Positions 36,336 to 49,780 of a stretch of 64,000 nucleotides of DNA are shown piece after piece. Source of the stretch: Hemiscyllium ocellatum (Eukaryota); contig NW_026867509.1 in assembly GCF_020745735.1 (NCBI RefSeq), positions 2,208,537-2,272,536 of the forward strand. Reading direction: 5' to 3'. The notes under the pieces are model-generated. The model was not told the DNA's origin. It was given only the letters and a program-made list of their open reading frames with translations, and did no database searches. A program made the translations under genes and the position numbers. The number at the start of each line of letters is the position of its first letter. Positions within the stretch are counted from its first letter, which is position 1.

Positions 36336-36720
36336 ATGATGTTGTTAATTGTTAAATGTGCTTTAAGTAGCTGGCGTGTCTTCTAGGGGTTATTTTTACA
36401 GTGTGACTGCAGAGGTACTTTGCATGCACCTCTCAGGAACGCGTGATAATGACTCAATGTTGCAATCTGAATTAACGTCCAGGAGGGAGAGAACATAAAA
36501 CTGGACTGTGCTTACCGATGTTTACGTTGCCAAATTATATGCTGATGCATTCAGCGTCACCTGGGAATTCTGAGATATTTCCTGAAGATACGTAATGTGG
36601 AGGATAAATTGACGTGTCCAGAATTACAAGACTTTTTCACAAAGAAAATAAACCTGTCCCTTTATGCACCTCTGGGAAATTTCCTTACGAAAGTGTTGTT
36701 TATTTGATTGTTTTGAAACC
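36336..36720 (+). pseudogene. TRAV: TCR V pseudogene, paralog of the 41.7-kb V in opposite orientation
   Basis: Acceptor ctctcag|gaac at 36437; VQEGENIKLDCAY; gagatatttcctgaagata matches gagatatttcgtgaaaata; 3' flank cacgctcagagttcca matches cacactgagagttcca. Frameshifts; RSS decayed; the leader at 36336 is tentative. Confidence 0.8.
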
Positions 36721-37599
36721 CTTACTCTGCTACAGAGTTACAGCTTATTCTGTAAAAAAGTGCACGCTCAGAGTTCCACTTAGTGTCTACTAGAGGGATC
36801 CCTCACGCTGTAAGCTGGGCAGTTATTTAACCTCTTCTTTGAGTATCAGGGAATTGTCTGAAAAATCATAGTAAAGAACAAGCCACATCAAGAGTAGGCG
36901 AGGATCACTTGCAAATGTATACTCATTTATATAATTTATTACTTACTATTCAAAACTTTTCATAAATTTATTGGATCACTTTCAATGGCATTTAATTTTT
37001 TGTTCATGTTCTTTGCCTCCCTATTATATTATGCAGTATCACTCATCTTCCCCGACAATTTTGCGGCCAATTTGACACCATCATTTTCATAGGGTTTAGT
37101 TGATCAGAGATTGTTGCTGCATAAGAAACAGTTTATACGCTACGAGCAGATTTTGTCAAGGAGTGACTGTGATGTCGAAAACAAAATCCAAATGCAAATT
37201 ATCTTGAATGATCATTGATCTTCAGTAATCTTCTCATATTACTGGATCGTTCTATTTCATGGTTTACAATTTGGAGTTTGCTAATCACGATTAACAAAAA
37301 AGGATTTCCACACAACTCAGCTTCACCCGGTTCTCTGGTATCAGGACATCTAATTATCATGTCAGCATTCAAGCGCAGTCAGCTCGCCACTGAAAGCTTT
37401 CGCAGATCCTGAGAGGCATACCTGTTGAAATGGGAACATCCAGAGGCATGACACCAAATTATTCACCGTGGAAACGAGAGCCTCTTCCCAAACATCTGAT
37501 CCTGTTTTGGGTCATTCCGTCTGAGTGAACGTTGCAGGTCATTTCACACTTGCTCTGGGAAACAACCGTGTGATTGTTTGAAATTGCGTTAGCTTGGAT

Positions 37600-38075
37600 A
37601 TGACATTGAGTGTCCTTGACCAACTGAGAGGATCACGTATTATTGCTACATTTGTCCACGATTCTACAATGCACACCTAAAACAGGAGCTCTCCCAACCT
37701 TGACCAGATTTTATCGACTGATAGGGCTGGTTTTATTTTTTCAGAAATTTGTAACAGACAACAGTTGCCATTGAGAAATAGATAAACTTATTTTTCCAGT
37801 CAAGGTTTGGAGCTTTGTCTGTTTTGCCGTCGTCACTGTTGTGTTCACGTATACTGACTCTGGCTGTTGCCAACATTAGCATAAAATATAGCCGATCATT
37901 ATAGCTAAAATTTTGAGACACCGCTTCACCTTCAAAATCAACATCTGAGGAGAACAAAAAATTACGATTTATACGAATTTGGAAATTGGGTATTTTAAAT
38001 TATTATCTATCAAGAATGCTTCTCACTTAAAACAAGTGCTGATTTACAAAACTATCATTGCCTGTTATGTAAATG
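37600..38075 (-). pseudogene. Probable decayed TCR V pseudogene
   Basis: Leader-like atgatagttttg...aa|gtgaga, acceptor ttgttctcctcag|, exon start DVDFEGEAVSQ, FR2-like KTDKAPNL. No RSS found. Confidence 0.4.
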
Positions 38076-39429
38076 AGGAGGGTGGGATATGAAGAATTCC
38101 CTTCGAAACTTCACAATGAATAATGTGCTGTTATTTCTTTGGATGCTTTCCACCAATTATCGTGTGTTTTTCGTTCTCCTGTAAGACCAATGCGTGGGAA
38201 TTTGTTTGTTAGAGAACACCAATGCCACTAAATGGGCACCTTACATTACGAATACTTCCATGTCAGATCTTCATCCTCTTTGGTTTGCTAATGAAAAATT
38301 TTTAATTAATTTGAGAAATGCCAAAAAGTTCGGTAATTTCACGTACCGATGTGACTGGTACATTGTTACTCTTCACATAAAAGTTCCAGAGGCAAGGCAC
38401 CTACAGGACAATGCTAACAAATTGATAATCTCAGCTGCAACACAGTCTGACTGTTTCACTCCTGGAGACATTCGTCGTCTCATGGCTGACGAGAGTCATC
38501 AGATCTATTTATTCCACTGACCGATTGACAAGGCAAATTATTCAATTCTAATTCAGTGGGAGAATTTCTCCCATCTTTTAAATTAAATGGGGCATTCTAC
38601 AAATTATCATTCTGTGTCATTCCGGAGCGGTGGAGGAACTGTAATAAAAATAAAATAATGAAAGTGCTGGAAATCGGAAATAAGAACCTTTAAATGTTTT
38701 GGATATTGAGTCGGTCTGATTGCATCTATGGAGAGAGAAACATATTTAAAGTTTTGAGTCCAATATTTTTTTGAGAGCTGTTCACTGCAAACTCTGCTTT
38801 GCTGTTGCATCGGATTGGCAGCAGATTTCTGCATAATATAATTTTAATCACTAGATGGAGAGTCATTGATACTTTTTCATTCATGCAGCCTCTGAGATGA
38901 AGTGTATCAATTATTGCACGCAGATGTGCATGCACAGATACACACAAAAGGACGCACTTCTTTGCAAATAGTTACAAACACTCATAAAGATAGCCACACA
39001 GTGAAGCGCGCGCACACACACATATACAGAAAATTGCACATAGATTCACAGGTATTATATAAACGTAGAGATGCCCACACAGATAAAACCATTGGCATAC
39101 CAACACGGAGTCATATGTATAGAAACACGTAGAGCTTGACAAACACTGAGAAAGACACGCAGAGCGACGCAATTGCACAGACCCAGACGCAACGTTTATG
39201 CAGTTTACTTGTTATGTTTCTGTTAGAAACTTCACTGTCAAATAAATATACACATTTCAGATTTTAATGCACATCAATTCTTTAAATTAACACAATTTTC
39301 CTTCGTCGTTCCGATTATAGAACGTTCGTCTCCTGGAAACAATTAAGCATCTTCTGTTACATAACGTACTTATTGTTTGAAATAACTGAATTCCTTTAGC
39401 CTCCTTGTTGCAGTACAAACCAACTCAGG

Positions 39430-39553
39430 AAAAAGTGAGAACTGCCGATGTTGGACATGAGAGTCGAGAAGGTGGTGCTACAAAAACACAACAGGTCAGG
39501 CATCATCCGATAAGCAGGAGAATCGACATTTTAGGTATAAGCCCTTCATCAGG
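39430..39553 (-). mobile_element. ~120-bp PLE terminus starting at a decayed hammerhead core
   Basis: Minus strand cctgatgaagggcttatacctaaaatgtcgattctcctgc... Confidence 0.7.
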
Positions 39554-41667
39554 AGTGCTGAAAACAAACTCAGCGTCTTTGTTCAGTTCGTACTACAAGC
39601 TAATACGTAATATATATCGATTTTATGAACTCCAATGCCTTGCTATTCTTTCGAAACTGCAGTTACCTGAATTTTGAAAAGTGATGCAGTAAGGCTGAAC
39701 AATAATTACAATTACCACCAACACCAACATGAGTTTGAGTCAGATAAGTTCCAATCAAAGTTTTGGGGAAGGTGCAATATTCTTGTTATTGCTTATAAAG
39801 GATTAAATCCCAACTCGATTAATATCACCATTCTGAAGCAGATTGAACAGAATCCTCCAGTAGATCACGCTCATCCAAAACAGGTGAATCATGAGTTAGA
39901 CTGATATCCATCTTAAATAGTTGCTCTGAAACATGCTGGCGAGCTACTCTTCAAAGTCCGCTTTCTGCACTCCAAAAAGATGTCTGACTACCCGAACGCT
40001 GTTGTTTTTGTCGATCACTGCTCCAATTACCTGCCAGGACAAGTAACATCAGCTCCGTGAGCATCGCTTGACTGGAATCATTCCCTCATAGAAGATATAG
40101 AGATAGTCCATGTAATGTCATCAGCGAAGCTAAAAGCACTCAGTCCTCCTCTGTGTTAACATTTGAAGACATCTTAAGTTGAGGCAGAGAACAGATTTCA
40201 AACAGATATGAAAGAGAATTAACATAAGACCAGTGTTTGCAATTCAGACGAATATCACCATTTGGAAACGAGATGAAATCATTTTTTTTTTCCGAATTGC
40301 ACTGCACACATCCCCTTCCAACCCTTCATCATCTCTTCGCGCCACGTAATGGAAATACTCGAGGACTGCAGTGACTATTGTTCAGTAAGAGATATGAGGT
40401 TGGAAGAAACCTTCTGTCATATTACAGGATGCTGAAGGCTCACATTATTGTGTACAAGGTAATGTTTTGAAGCTTGCCTGTCAGAGACTAGCTCTCAATG
40501 TACTAGACCAATCCCAATCGCCATTCATGCCTGCATAATGCTTATATTGTCGAGATAGGCTTGTAGCAATTGTGCGGTCAATTTAGAGGTGAGTATTATT
40601 TCATGATTATCTTCAGAAAGCACTGAACGGACATCGGAGAAAGCAATCAGAATTGCGGGGAGTCTTTCTCGAGAGTGAAATTTTAAAACTTCTAACTTGT
40701 GAAATGTGCTCGTTTTATGTAAATATTCCTGAAGCAGAGTCGTTCTGATCAAATAATCTTGGATAGCAACAGCTTTCAACGGGATTGACAAACAGACAGG
40801 AGACAGGGAGAAAGAGATGCAAGTAAAGTATACAGGTAAATACTTTTGAAAGAAGTCTAAATATACACGAATCTTTTTTTCTGGAGCAGACCATACCCCA
40901 GCAAATCATTTCAGGAATGCAGCCCAGATCCTAACTTTTCTGGTTGCTTTCAATAGCTGTAAGTGAATATTTTAGGTCTGATGCAACTGGTCCAACCACT
41001 CATTTTTAAACAAAATGGAATTTATTTGCAGAGTAAAGAATGAAACGCAAACAAAAGAGGACAGAATTGAGAGTATCTTAAACTATCTGAAAACCCAATG
41101 GACACTATTGCAACTTAGTGATGCTATTCCAAATACGTGGAGCATCCCCATAAATTTCCCCCTGGGAGAAAAAAAGTTAAAATAAAACGGAAGTTCGTAC
41201 AGAAGAGGTGTCAAGAGAAAGAGAAAGGATCGTCATGAAGCTGTTTATTTGACTAGCAGCCTGAAATTGATTGCTTGCTCCAACAAAATCAAAACTTGAA
41301 TTGGGAGATCTGGCCTACCGACTTTAATTGCGCAAGATAGATTTTTGTTGAAACAAAGTTTAAATGCCTTTTCAATGAGATGCCTTCAGAACAGTTCGAA
41401 TTTCTTCCTTTACGACACGTCTAAAAAGAAATATGAAAAAAAAGGCCAACATAACCTCATCAACGAACAACATCTTCAGTGTACAACATCACAATTTATA
41501 AACTTCATTATTGGGCGATTGCAAGCGAAATTTAAAAAGAAGTGTTGTGCTTTGCTTTCATATTTCATGAATGATTCTTTGTCTAATGTTCTTGAGGCTG
41601 GATTATAGTTTTGGTTTATCGTTGTGACAGCACCCTCAACTGGACAAAAATTGGAACTCTCAGTGTG

Positions 41668-41705
41668 GGTTTTTGTGCAGGGACGACGATATCTGCAGCA
41701 GTGTG
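41668..41705 (-). other. RSS with 22-nt spacer
   Basis: CACACTG + 22 nt + ACAAAAACC (perfect nonamer). Confidence 0.9.
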
Positions 41706-42152
41706 GGCTCCATGGCACAGAAATACACGACGCTATCGGTGAGAAGAACTGGAGAGACTTTTAAAGAAAACGTCTTGCTTTGCCTGTTCAAAACAGCAGA
41801 GAATCTGTCTTGAAATTCTTTCGACATTTCTACCTTCCCCGTGCTGTATATTTTCACGAAATATCTCGGTTCATCCCCAGTGTACTGAATGTACCAGAAC
41901 ACAGCTTGAAAAGAAGATGCTGAGTAGCTGCAATTCAATGTTATATTCTCTCGCTCCAGGACCATTAATTCGTGTGGATCTTGGAAAACTGCATCTTCGC
42001 CATTAGTTCCTGCAAAAAGGCAAATATATCAAATATCTTGCAGGGAACATCACTCGCGTAGGAGATACTGAACGCTTAAACATAGACTTACCACGCAGCA
42101 CCACCAATATTATTAGTAAGGAGTACGGGAGGAACATTTTCTTTCTCCACAT
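41706..42152 (-). CDS. TRAV: TCR alpha V segment, apparently functional; exon 1 42152 (or 42137)-42092, exon 2 42009-41706
   Basis: (MWRKK)MFLPYSLLIILVVLR, 82-nt phase-1 GTAAGT...TTGCAG intron, then GTNGEDAVFQDPHELMVLERENITLNCSYSASSFQAVFWYIQY...TDSVVYFCAMEP. Confidence 0.95.
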
Positions 42153-43519
42153 TTGCACAGTAATAACGGAGTCTATGAAATAAGATGAGAACTCCAATCC
42201 GATGTGTAACAGGGAAGTCAGATCAGGTGCACACTTTGTCCTGGGGAAAAAGAGAGGATGTGTTTCGTATGAAACAGGATTGCTTGATCGCTTAGAGCTG
42301 ACGAAAGTAGAACACCAATCACTGTTGCTCAGAGAAAATTACGTTTTCCGGTTGTTTTCCTGTCTCCATATTCTGTCATTGTCTGCATCTATGTATTTGC
42401 AGTCCCCCGAGAACCTGTCTGACTCTCCCAATCGTCAAAGCTCTCTACATCACAATTGTATACTGTGTCTGAACACAACTGCCCTTTTCTCGTGTCTCTC
42501 TAAATACAATGTGTAGGAAATCCAATTCATTGAATTGTCCCATTTCAGCAGTAACATGAGTAACTGCTCTATGAACTGCATAAGTTACAATGGACAAAAT
42601 GCAATTGTCTCTATGATGCAAAATGGAAATGAAAACCTTTGCACCAAAATTATTAGTCTGCAGAAAGAGTTTGAATCAGGTTCTTATCTGCATTTTCATT
42701 TCACAGTCAATGAAGTTCGGATTATCATCGCTTCTTCGGTGATTTAACTTGCTAAAAACCGACATAAATTGACAAGCGTGTCTGAAAGTTTAAATTCAAA
42801 GAAGGGGAGAAAAGGCTTCAGTTTGAACTCGATATAAATACCGCTTTATGCAAATGTGGGGTGAAGTATTTCATGACGGGAATAATAATAAGAATAATGA
42901 GGCACAATTATGGAACAAAATGTTGTGGCAACTTGTGCATTTAGAGGTTTTGTGGGCAAGACAATTGCACTAATATTTTGAGAAAAGGAAGCTCCAAACT
43001 CGTCTTTGCTGAAAGTCCAGCTACGTTAACATCAATGTTGTGCACCGGATCACAAATTCTCTCATTCTGGAATAACAATGTCATTTCATGATCTGAATTC
43101 TGCTCATGCAACGTGGTAGCTTGAATTTAGTTAATCAAACAAACAACTGGAATTCGTGCTAGTATTTGAAGGGAGTACTGGTTTGGATTAAAATCCATTT
43201 GTTTCAAACAAATCTTGTTGGAAGCAAAATCTGTCGTTCTCTCGAACTTATTGCGGACTTCAACCCATCAGGCACAAGTTTAACTGTGATTTTCTCTCTA
43301 AAGTCGCCATTTTATATATGCAGCAACGAAGAACTGTAACGGAAGCTGAACACGTCTGTTCAATGTTGTTTGACACTTCCAGAAATCTCCACATTTCGAA
43401 AGATAATGCAAATTATTCTTTTGCATGATGGGAGTGTTTACATTGACCATGTAACTTTCAATAATTAATCTCTTACTATACAGTAACAACACTGATTAAA
43501 AATGAAACGCTTTGTAGTT

Positions 43520-46500
43520 GACAGAAGACGCCTCATCTTCCAGCTTTGAACGCCTCAAACCCAGAGCATAAATGTGGACTTTACCAGATTCCCTATTTCC
43601 CCTCCCCCACCTTACCTGAGTTCCCACCTTCCAACTCAGCATTATCCTCATGACCTGCCCTACCTGATAATCTTCCTTCCAACCGATCTGTTCCACCCTC
43701 CACTCCGACCTATCACCTTCATCCTCACCTCCATCCACGTATTGGACTGTTAGTTACCTTCTCCTCAACCCCACCCCCTCACATCTATTTCTCCACACCA
43801 AACGCTTCCAGCCTCATTCTTGATGAAGAACTTTTGCCAAAAACGCCGATTTCCCTGCTCCTCTGATGCTGCCTGACCTGCTGTGCTTTTTCAACACCAA
43901 TCTAATCTTGACTCTGATCTCCAGCATCTGCAGTCCTCACTTTCGCCTAGTTGATTTTAATCTTACTGCGAATCCTCTTGCAAGGATGCCATCCTTGAAG
44001 AAGTTCCCCTCTCTCTACAAAGATCTCAGTGAGTCACTCTCTTACTTCAACCACCAGGTCATTTCCTCTGCCCTGAAGCTCTTCAACCATGTCCTGAAAC
44101 AGACTCGAGATCACAGCTACATCTGTCTCCTCAGTGTTTGCCTCCAGAACCAACTGATCCCACATGGAAACCGAACTACATTCAAACCAGCACAGTTTAG
44201 ATCCGAACAGGACAACCAGTACAGACTGAAACTATCAACAATGGTTTTCCTTCAGGATTCTCCACTCAACACTCGCAACCATGTGCCACCAACTAACCTC
44301 TGTACAGTGAGCTGTGCCTCAACTGAGGGCCACACTGTCAGAACTGCAAAGGACCCATTCTGGAACATATCCGAAGAATAAGGCATACTCTCAACAACCA
44401 GATTTTCTACAACATCTCAAATATCAATAAAACTGTATGTACAGCAAACCTTTATATACCCACCTCCATAACCAGCATTCCTCAAACATTCCAGCAGCTT
44501 CACCCGGCTCCTAACATGGTTGCCCGCCATTAGCCACGAAGCACCCAACCGACCGTGATCGATAACGTCACTTCCACCCCCAACACGGCCGCTTCTGGAG
44601 TCACTTCTGCCCCCAAACATTCCAAATACAACACGCGTGAGATCACTTCCGTCCCTCCAGTCTACGCTGACGTCACACGTTCCGCTACTTCTGCCCCCAA
44701 CTTCAGTCGTTGCTGACACTTGTGCCCTCACCAACGCCATTCACGAGCATACTGCCGACACTCCCCCTACGGATCCCACTGTCACCATCTCTGCACCCCA
44801 GAAGCATGAAGGAAAGATCATCTTTGCTAATGATACCCCCATCTCCCCACCACCTCTCCCACTCCATTTACAGTCTCTGACCCCACTCCCTGCACCATAC
44901 CTACACCAGGTCCTAGCTCCGAGCCCTGCCGACTTTTTACTGTCCATTCAGATCTCCCCCTCACTGAGGATGAACGATAAGTCCAGAGCAAAGGCCTTAC
45001 CATCATCCCCTTCTGTCCTTCCATCAACGAATTCAATACTCGTTGGAACGTCAAACACTTCTTCCACCGCCTCCGCCTCCGTGCTTATGTTTTCAATCAG
45101 GATGCCTGCCCACCTTCCGAGGACGCCTTCATTCACGTCTAAAACAGTCCATCCACTGGACGTGCCATACTGGCCTATTACCTACCCTTGATCTTTTCCT
45201 TTCCATCTGCCACCGAGACATTTACCGTCTCAACCTGTCTGCCTCCTCCCTCACTCGAAACTCACGCCCTCACAACGCAAAGTCTCGACTCCCTCTGCTG
45301 CAATCCCAATCTCACCATCAAACCAGCTGATACAGGGGGTGCACTGACAACTACACCAATGAAGCCAGGCCCCAACTCAAAGTCACCTCCTCCTACTGCT
45401 CCCTCGATAAAGACCTCACCTCCCAACTTCAAACCATCATCTCCCAGATCATACACAACCTCATCACATCAGGAGGACTCCCACCCACAGCTTCCAAACG
45501 CAGATTTCGGGAACCTCGCAGTGAGCAATTCTACCTCTTTCCGAATATCCACAAGCCTGACCACCCCAGCTGACCAATCGTCTCAGCCTATTCCTGCCCC
45601 ACCGAACTCATCTCCACCTACCTCAATACTGTCCTATCTCACTAGTCCAGGAACTCCCCTGGTACGTTCGAGACACCACCCAAGCCCTCCACTTCCTCCA
45701 AGATTTCCATTTTCCCAGCTCCCAACGCCTCATCGTCACTATGGACATCCACCCGCCATGACTAGGCATCCAAGCCCTCCGTTTCATCCTCTCCAGAGGT
45801 ACCCATCAGTTCCCTTCCACTGACACTCTCATTCGTTTGGCTGAATTGGCCCTCCCACTTAACATTTTCTCAATCGAATACTCCCACTTCCTCTCGATGA
45901 AAGAGGTATCCGTGGACACCCGCCTGGACTCCAGCTACGCTTGTCTCTTTGTTGATTATGTAGAACAGTCCATCATCCGTAGCTACACTGGCACCACTCC
46001 CCACCTCTTCCTCTACTACATTGATGGCTGCATCAGTGCCACCTCGTGCTCCCGCGAGAGGGTTCAGCAGTTCATCAATTTCACCAACACATTCCACCCC
46101 GACCTTAAATTAACCTGCACCATCTGTGACAACTCCCTCCCCTTTCTAGACCTCGACCACACCATTAATGACGATCAATTCAACACTGACATAATTTTAC
46201 AAACCCATCGACTCCCACAGCTAACTAGATTACGTCCCTTCCCATGCTAGCTCCTGCAAAAATATTAACTCGTGTTCCCAATTCCTCTGCCTCCTCTGTA
46301 TCTGTTCCACCACAGAGCACACCAGATGGCCTCCTTCTTTAAAGACTGTAAGTTCTCCTCCGACATGGTCTCAGATGCCCTCTAACGCATCTCATCAACG
46401 TTTTGCACCTCCGCCTTCAAAGCCCACCCCTCAAACCGCAACAAGGACTGAACTCCCAGGCCCTCACCGTCCAATCCACCAATCTCCGCATTACCCGCAT

Positions 46501-47397
46501 CATTCTCCGACATTTCCGCCACTTACAAACAGACCCCACCGCCAGGGATACATTTCCCTCGCCATTCCTATCCACCTTTTGCAAGGACCATTGCCTCTGT
46601 GACTACCTGGTCAGGTACGTGCCCCACAGCAACGCACCCTCCCCTCGTGGTATCTCCCCCTGCCGCCACAGGAATTGGAAAACCTGCGCCCACGCGGTCC
46701 CCTCACCTCCATCCAAAGCTCCAAAGGAGCCTTCCACATCCATCAAAATTGCACATGTACATCCACCAATGTCATTTCTTGTAACCATTGTTCCCGGTGT
46801 CGTCTCCTTTACATTGGAGAGACTGGACGCCTTTTGCAGAGCACTGAAGGGAACATCTCCGGAACACTGGCACCAATCAGCCCCACTGCCCCGTGGCCAA
46901 ACATTTCAACGCCCCTCCACGACTCTGCCGAGTACTTGCGGATCCTGGGCCTCTTCCACCACCACACCCTCACTGCTTGGCGCCTGGAGAAAGAACGCCT
47001 CATTTTCCACCACAGAACATTTCGACCCCAGGGCATCATTGTGGACTTCACCAGTTTCCTCATTTCCCCTCCCCCACCTTACCCAATTCCAACTTCCCAG
47101 CTCTTCACCATCCTCATGACCCGTCCTACCTGCCAATCTTCCTTCACACCTATCTGCTCCACCCTCTTCTCCGACATATCACCTTCATCACCACCTTAGT
47201 CCAACTATTGTACTCTTAGGTGCATTCTCCTCAGCCACACCCCTCCCATTTATCTCTCCATTCCAGAGGCTCCCAGACTCTTTCCTGATGAAGGGCTTAT
47301 GCCCAAAATGTTGATTTTGCTGCCTGACCTTCTGTGCTTTTCAGCACCACTCTAAACTTGACTTTGATCTCCAGCATCTGCAGTCCTCATCTCACCG
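43520..47397 (+). mobile_element. Near full-length Penelope-like element with direct-repeat pseudo-LTRs, decayed
   Basis: Direct repeats ~43520-43945 and ~46990-47397. RT fragment SYACLFVDYVEQS...LFLYYIDGC...LPFLDL (45837-46250); GIY-YIG NVISCNHCSRCRLLYIGETGR (~46750-46830). Decayed hammerheads at ~43820 and ~47286. Confidence 0.88.
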
Positions 47398-48195
47398 AGA
47401 AGATGCATATCTCGGGTTTTCTCTGTATAGGAGGCAATGTCCTGCTGCCGCACCACGTGATACAATCTTGCACAAAGAAAAAAGGCAGCAGTAAAACAGA
47501 AGAGCTCATTGGGTTTTTTTTTAACAAAACAATGGATTTCCAACCTGATCGGATGTTACCTTCTGTCTCTGGCATGAGAAACCAATCAGAAGAGAGACCA
47601 GTATCAATATGCCATCTCATCTCACAACGAATAGTCATTTCAGAAGGAACTAATTTCTTCAAATCTTCCATCATTTCTCTCGAAACACATTAGGAATTTA
47701 TTTTTACTTTACTGTTTCTGCTACAGCTGTCTTAGATGGTAAGTTGAAAATTTGTTCATAACTTCATTTCCAAATGTCGCAGTTATGACAATTAATCAGA
47801 GCACAGAAATGTCCACGTATTGATCTGAAAAGAAAAGAGTTCAAACCTTCCTCATTACGTCTCTAAAATAAATTGCATACGTCAGCTGAAAGTTTTTTGC
47901 TGAATCGTTCATGGATCAGGCTCATCACAGGGAACTATATGTTACATATGATAAACACCAGGTGTATATTAATTTTGCTTTACAACGCAGGTGGAGTAAA
48001 GGACTTCAAAGATGGCACCAAAAGTGCACTAAAGCACATGAAACTATTCGTTGCAGAACATGTCGTCCTTCATATGTTTCTATATGTGCTTGTACATTAT
48101 TTCTCAAGTAAGTGTCATATTTGTTAGATTATTTCGGGGGAAACATCACAGTGATAAATGATACTTTAACTTCATATGTGTCCTTTCTTTAACAG

Positions 48196-48477
48196 AGCAT
48201 TGTTGAGCTGACTCAGTTTAACAGACACCAGCAGAAACCTCAGTAAATGAAGGACATGTTGTTCAATTATTCTGTAATTACGCAGTTACAAGCAACAATT
48301 GCCTAACTTGTTATGGGATCTTCAGTGTTCAAGTGGATCCATTGACTGTTTGGTACTTGACAATAGCTTTAGTGGCAATGCAGAAAATCTCCACAGCATC
48401 GTTTCTCAATGACAGTCAATGCATCTAATCGAATTGTGCTGCTACAACTTATTAAACCACAGCTGCACACTGAGATC
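48196..48477 (+). pseudogene. TRAV: TCR V pseudogene, paralog of the 26-kb V
   Basis: Acceptor ttaacag|; HC*ADSV*QTPAETSVNEGHVVQLFCNY; 3' cactgagatc-aacagag-actcagaactgg matches cactgagacc-cacagag-actcagaggtgg. Heptamer C1 lost. Confidence 0.85.
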
Positions 48478-48929
48478 AACAGAGACTCAGAACTGGAATG
48501 AACCTGTTCAAGAACTATCAGAATGCCGAGCAACATGTCAGTGAATGAGCGAGCTGAGGTATTGACCGGCGGTTCATCAATGGCGCGTCCTGATTCAGCC
48601 ACTGATTCGCGATGATCTCATGCATTCATAATTGTAATAATTGTATTTGGCTGAAGTGCATTCAGATGCATTTTTGCGTTCCTACATTTTGAAGTAGCAA
48701 AATACGCAGCAGATTCATCACCGTGAACAACAAACAAATGAAACCAAGCTCTTATATGTGTAAAACAAACACGAGAGGGAAACATATAGACAGTATGAGG
48801 GATCAACAAATGGACGACTGCTGCCAATTAAACAGCAATGAAATTGAAATAAATGATTGTGAACGAAATTTGTGTTTTGTTCTTATCTATTGGGCAGATC
48901 AGAATGGCGGACCAAAATCTACAAGAGGG

Positions 48930-49130
48930 CTCAGTGCTTAAAGCTGCTGCCTCGGAAGTCCACCCTTGGACGACTGTGTGTGTGGGGTTTGCATATTTAC
49001 ACCCCCTGCACCCACCTTTGTACCTGCGTGAATTTCCTCAGGTTCCCTGTTTTCTTCCCACAATCCAAGGGCGTGCATGTTAGGTGGCTTGGTCCTGAGG
49101 AAATACAGAGTTAGAGGAATATTCTTTAGT
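48930..49130 (+). mobile_element. HE1-like SINE, decayed
   Basis: gctgctgcctc...gtgtggggtttgcat...ttcccacaatccaa. Confidence 0.6.
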
Positions 49131-49369
49131 GGTTCTGGGTCGGATTCTGTCACCAGCTAAACAACTGCATATGCTTGTTGTAAACTCTTTGCTATGTTTT
49201 GGATTAGTTCTTTTTAAACATTAAGTCGATGTTCTCGTTCCCCAGAACAAGATGTAAGGTACATTGTTCAGCTTTTGTGACAATATTGTTACATTATGTT
49301 CAGAAAGAGTTCGATTTTAAAAAAAGGTGCTAATAAAACCTTTCCAGTCTGTCACGTTTCCATTCTAAA

Positions 49370-49780
49370 TCGTTTTGACTGGCCTTGTACTCGCAGGAAT
49401 TTAAATGTACGTTTGAGGAGGGATCTCATTGAAACGTCTAAAATCTTGAAGGGACTGGACGGCTTAGATGCTGAGAAAATATTACTGATGTTGTGAAAGT
49501 TCAGAAGTAGGGGTCAAAGTCGGAACATAAGAGTAAGCCATTCAGGACTGAGAAGAGGAATAAGTTCTTCCCTGGAAGATTTATGAACCTGTGGCGAATT
49601 CTGTATCACAGACAGCTGTTGGGGTCTGCTAATTATCAATTTTCATTTTGGAGCTGGACAAGGCCCTTGCTGTTATAGGGTTCAAGGGGCATGGAGAGAA
49701 AATGAGAGCAGTGTAGTAAAATTGCATGATCAGCCATTACCATACTGAATTTACTTTAGTTCCGAAGGGCCAAGTGGCCT
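49370..49780 (+). mobile_element. CR1-type LINE 3' end
   Basis: gagggatctcattgaaacgtctaaaatcttgaagggactggac...cattcaggactgagaagagg. Confidence 0.7.

Noticed and set aside
38194-38520. Possible V relic upstream of the 37.9-kb pseudogene, mirroring the V-A/V-B pair
   Set aside because: Only short matches (atgtaag, gtggcattg); cannot be supported by eye.
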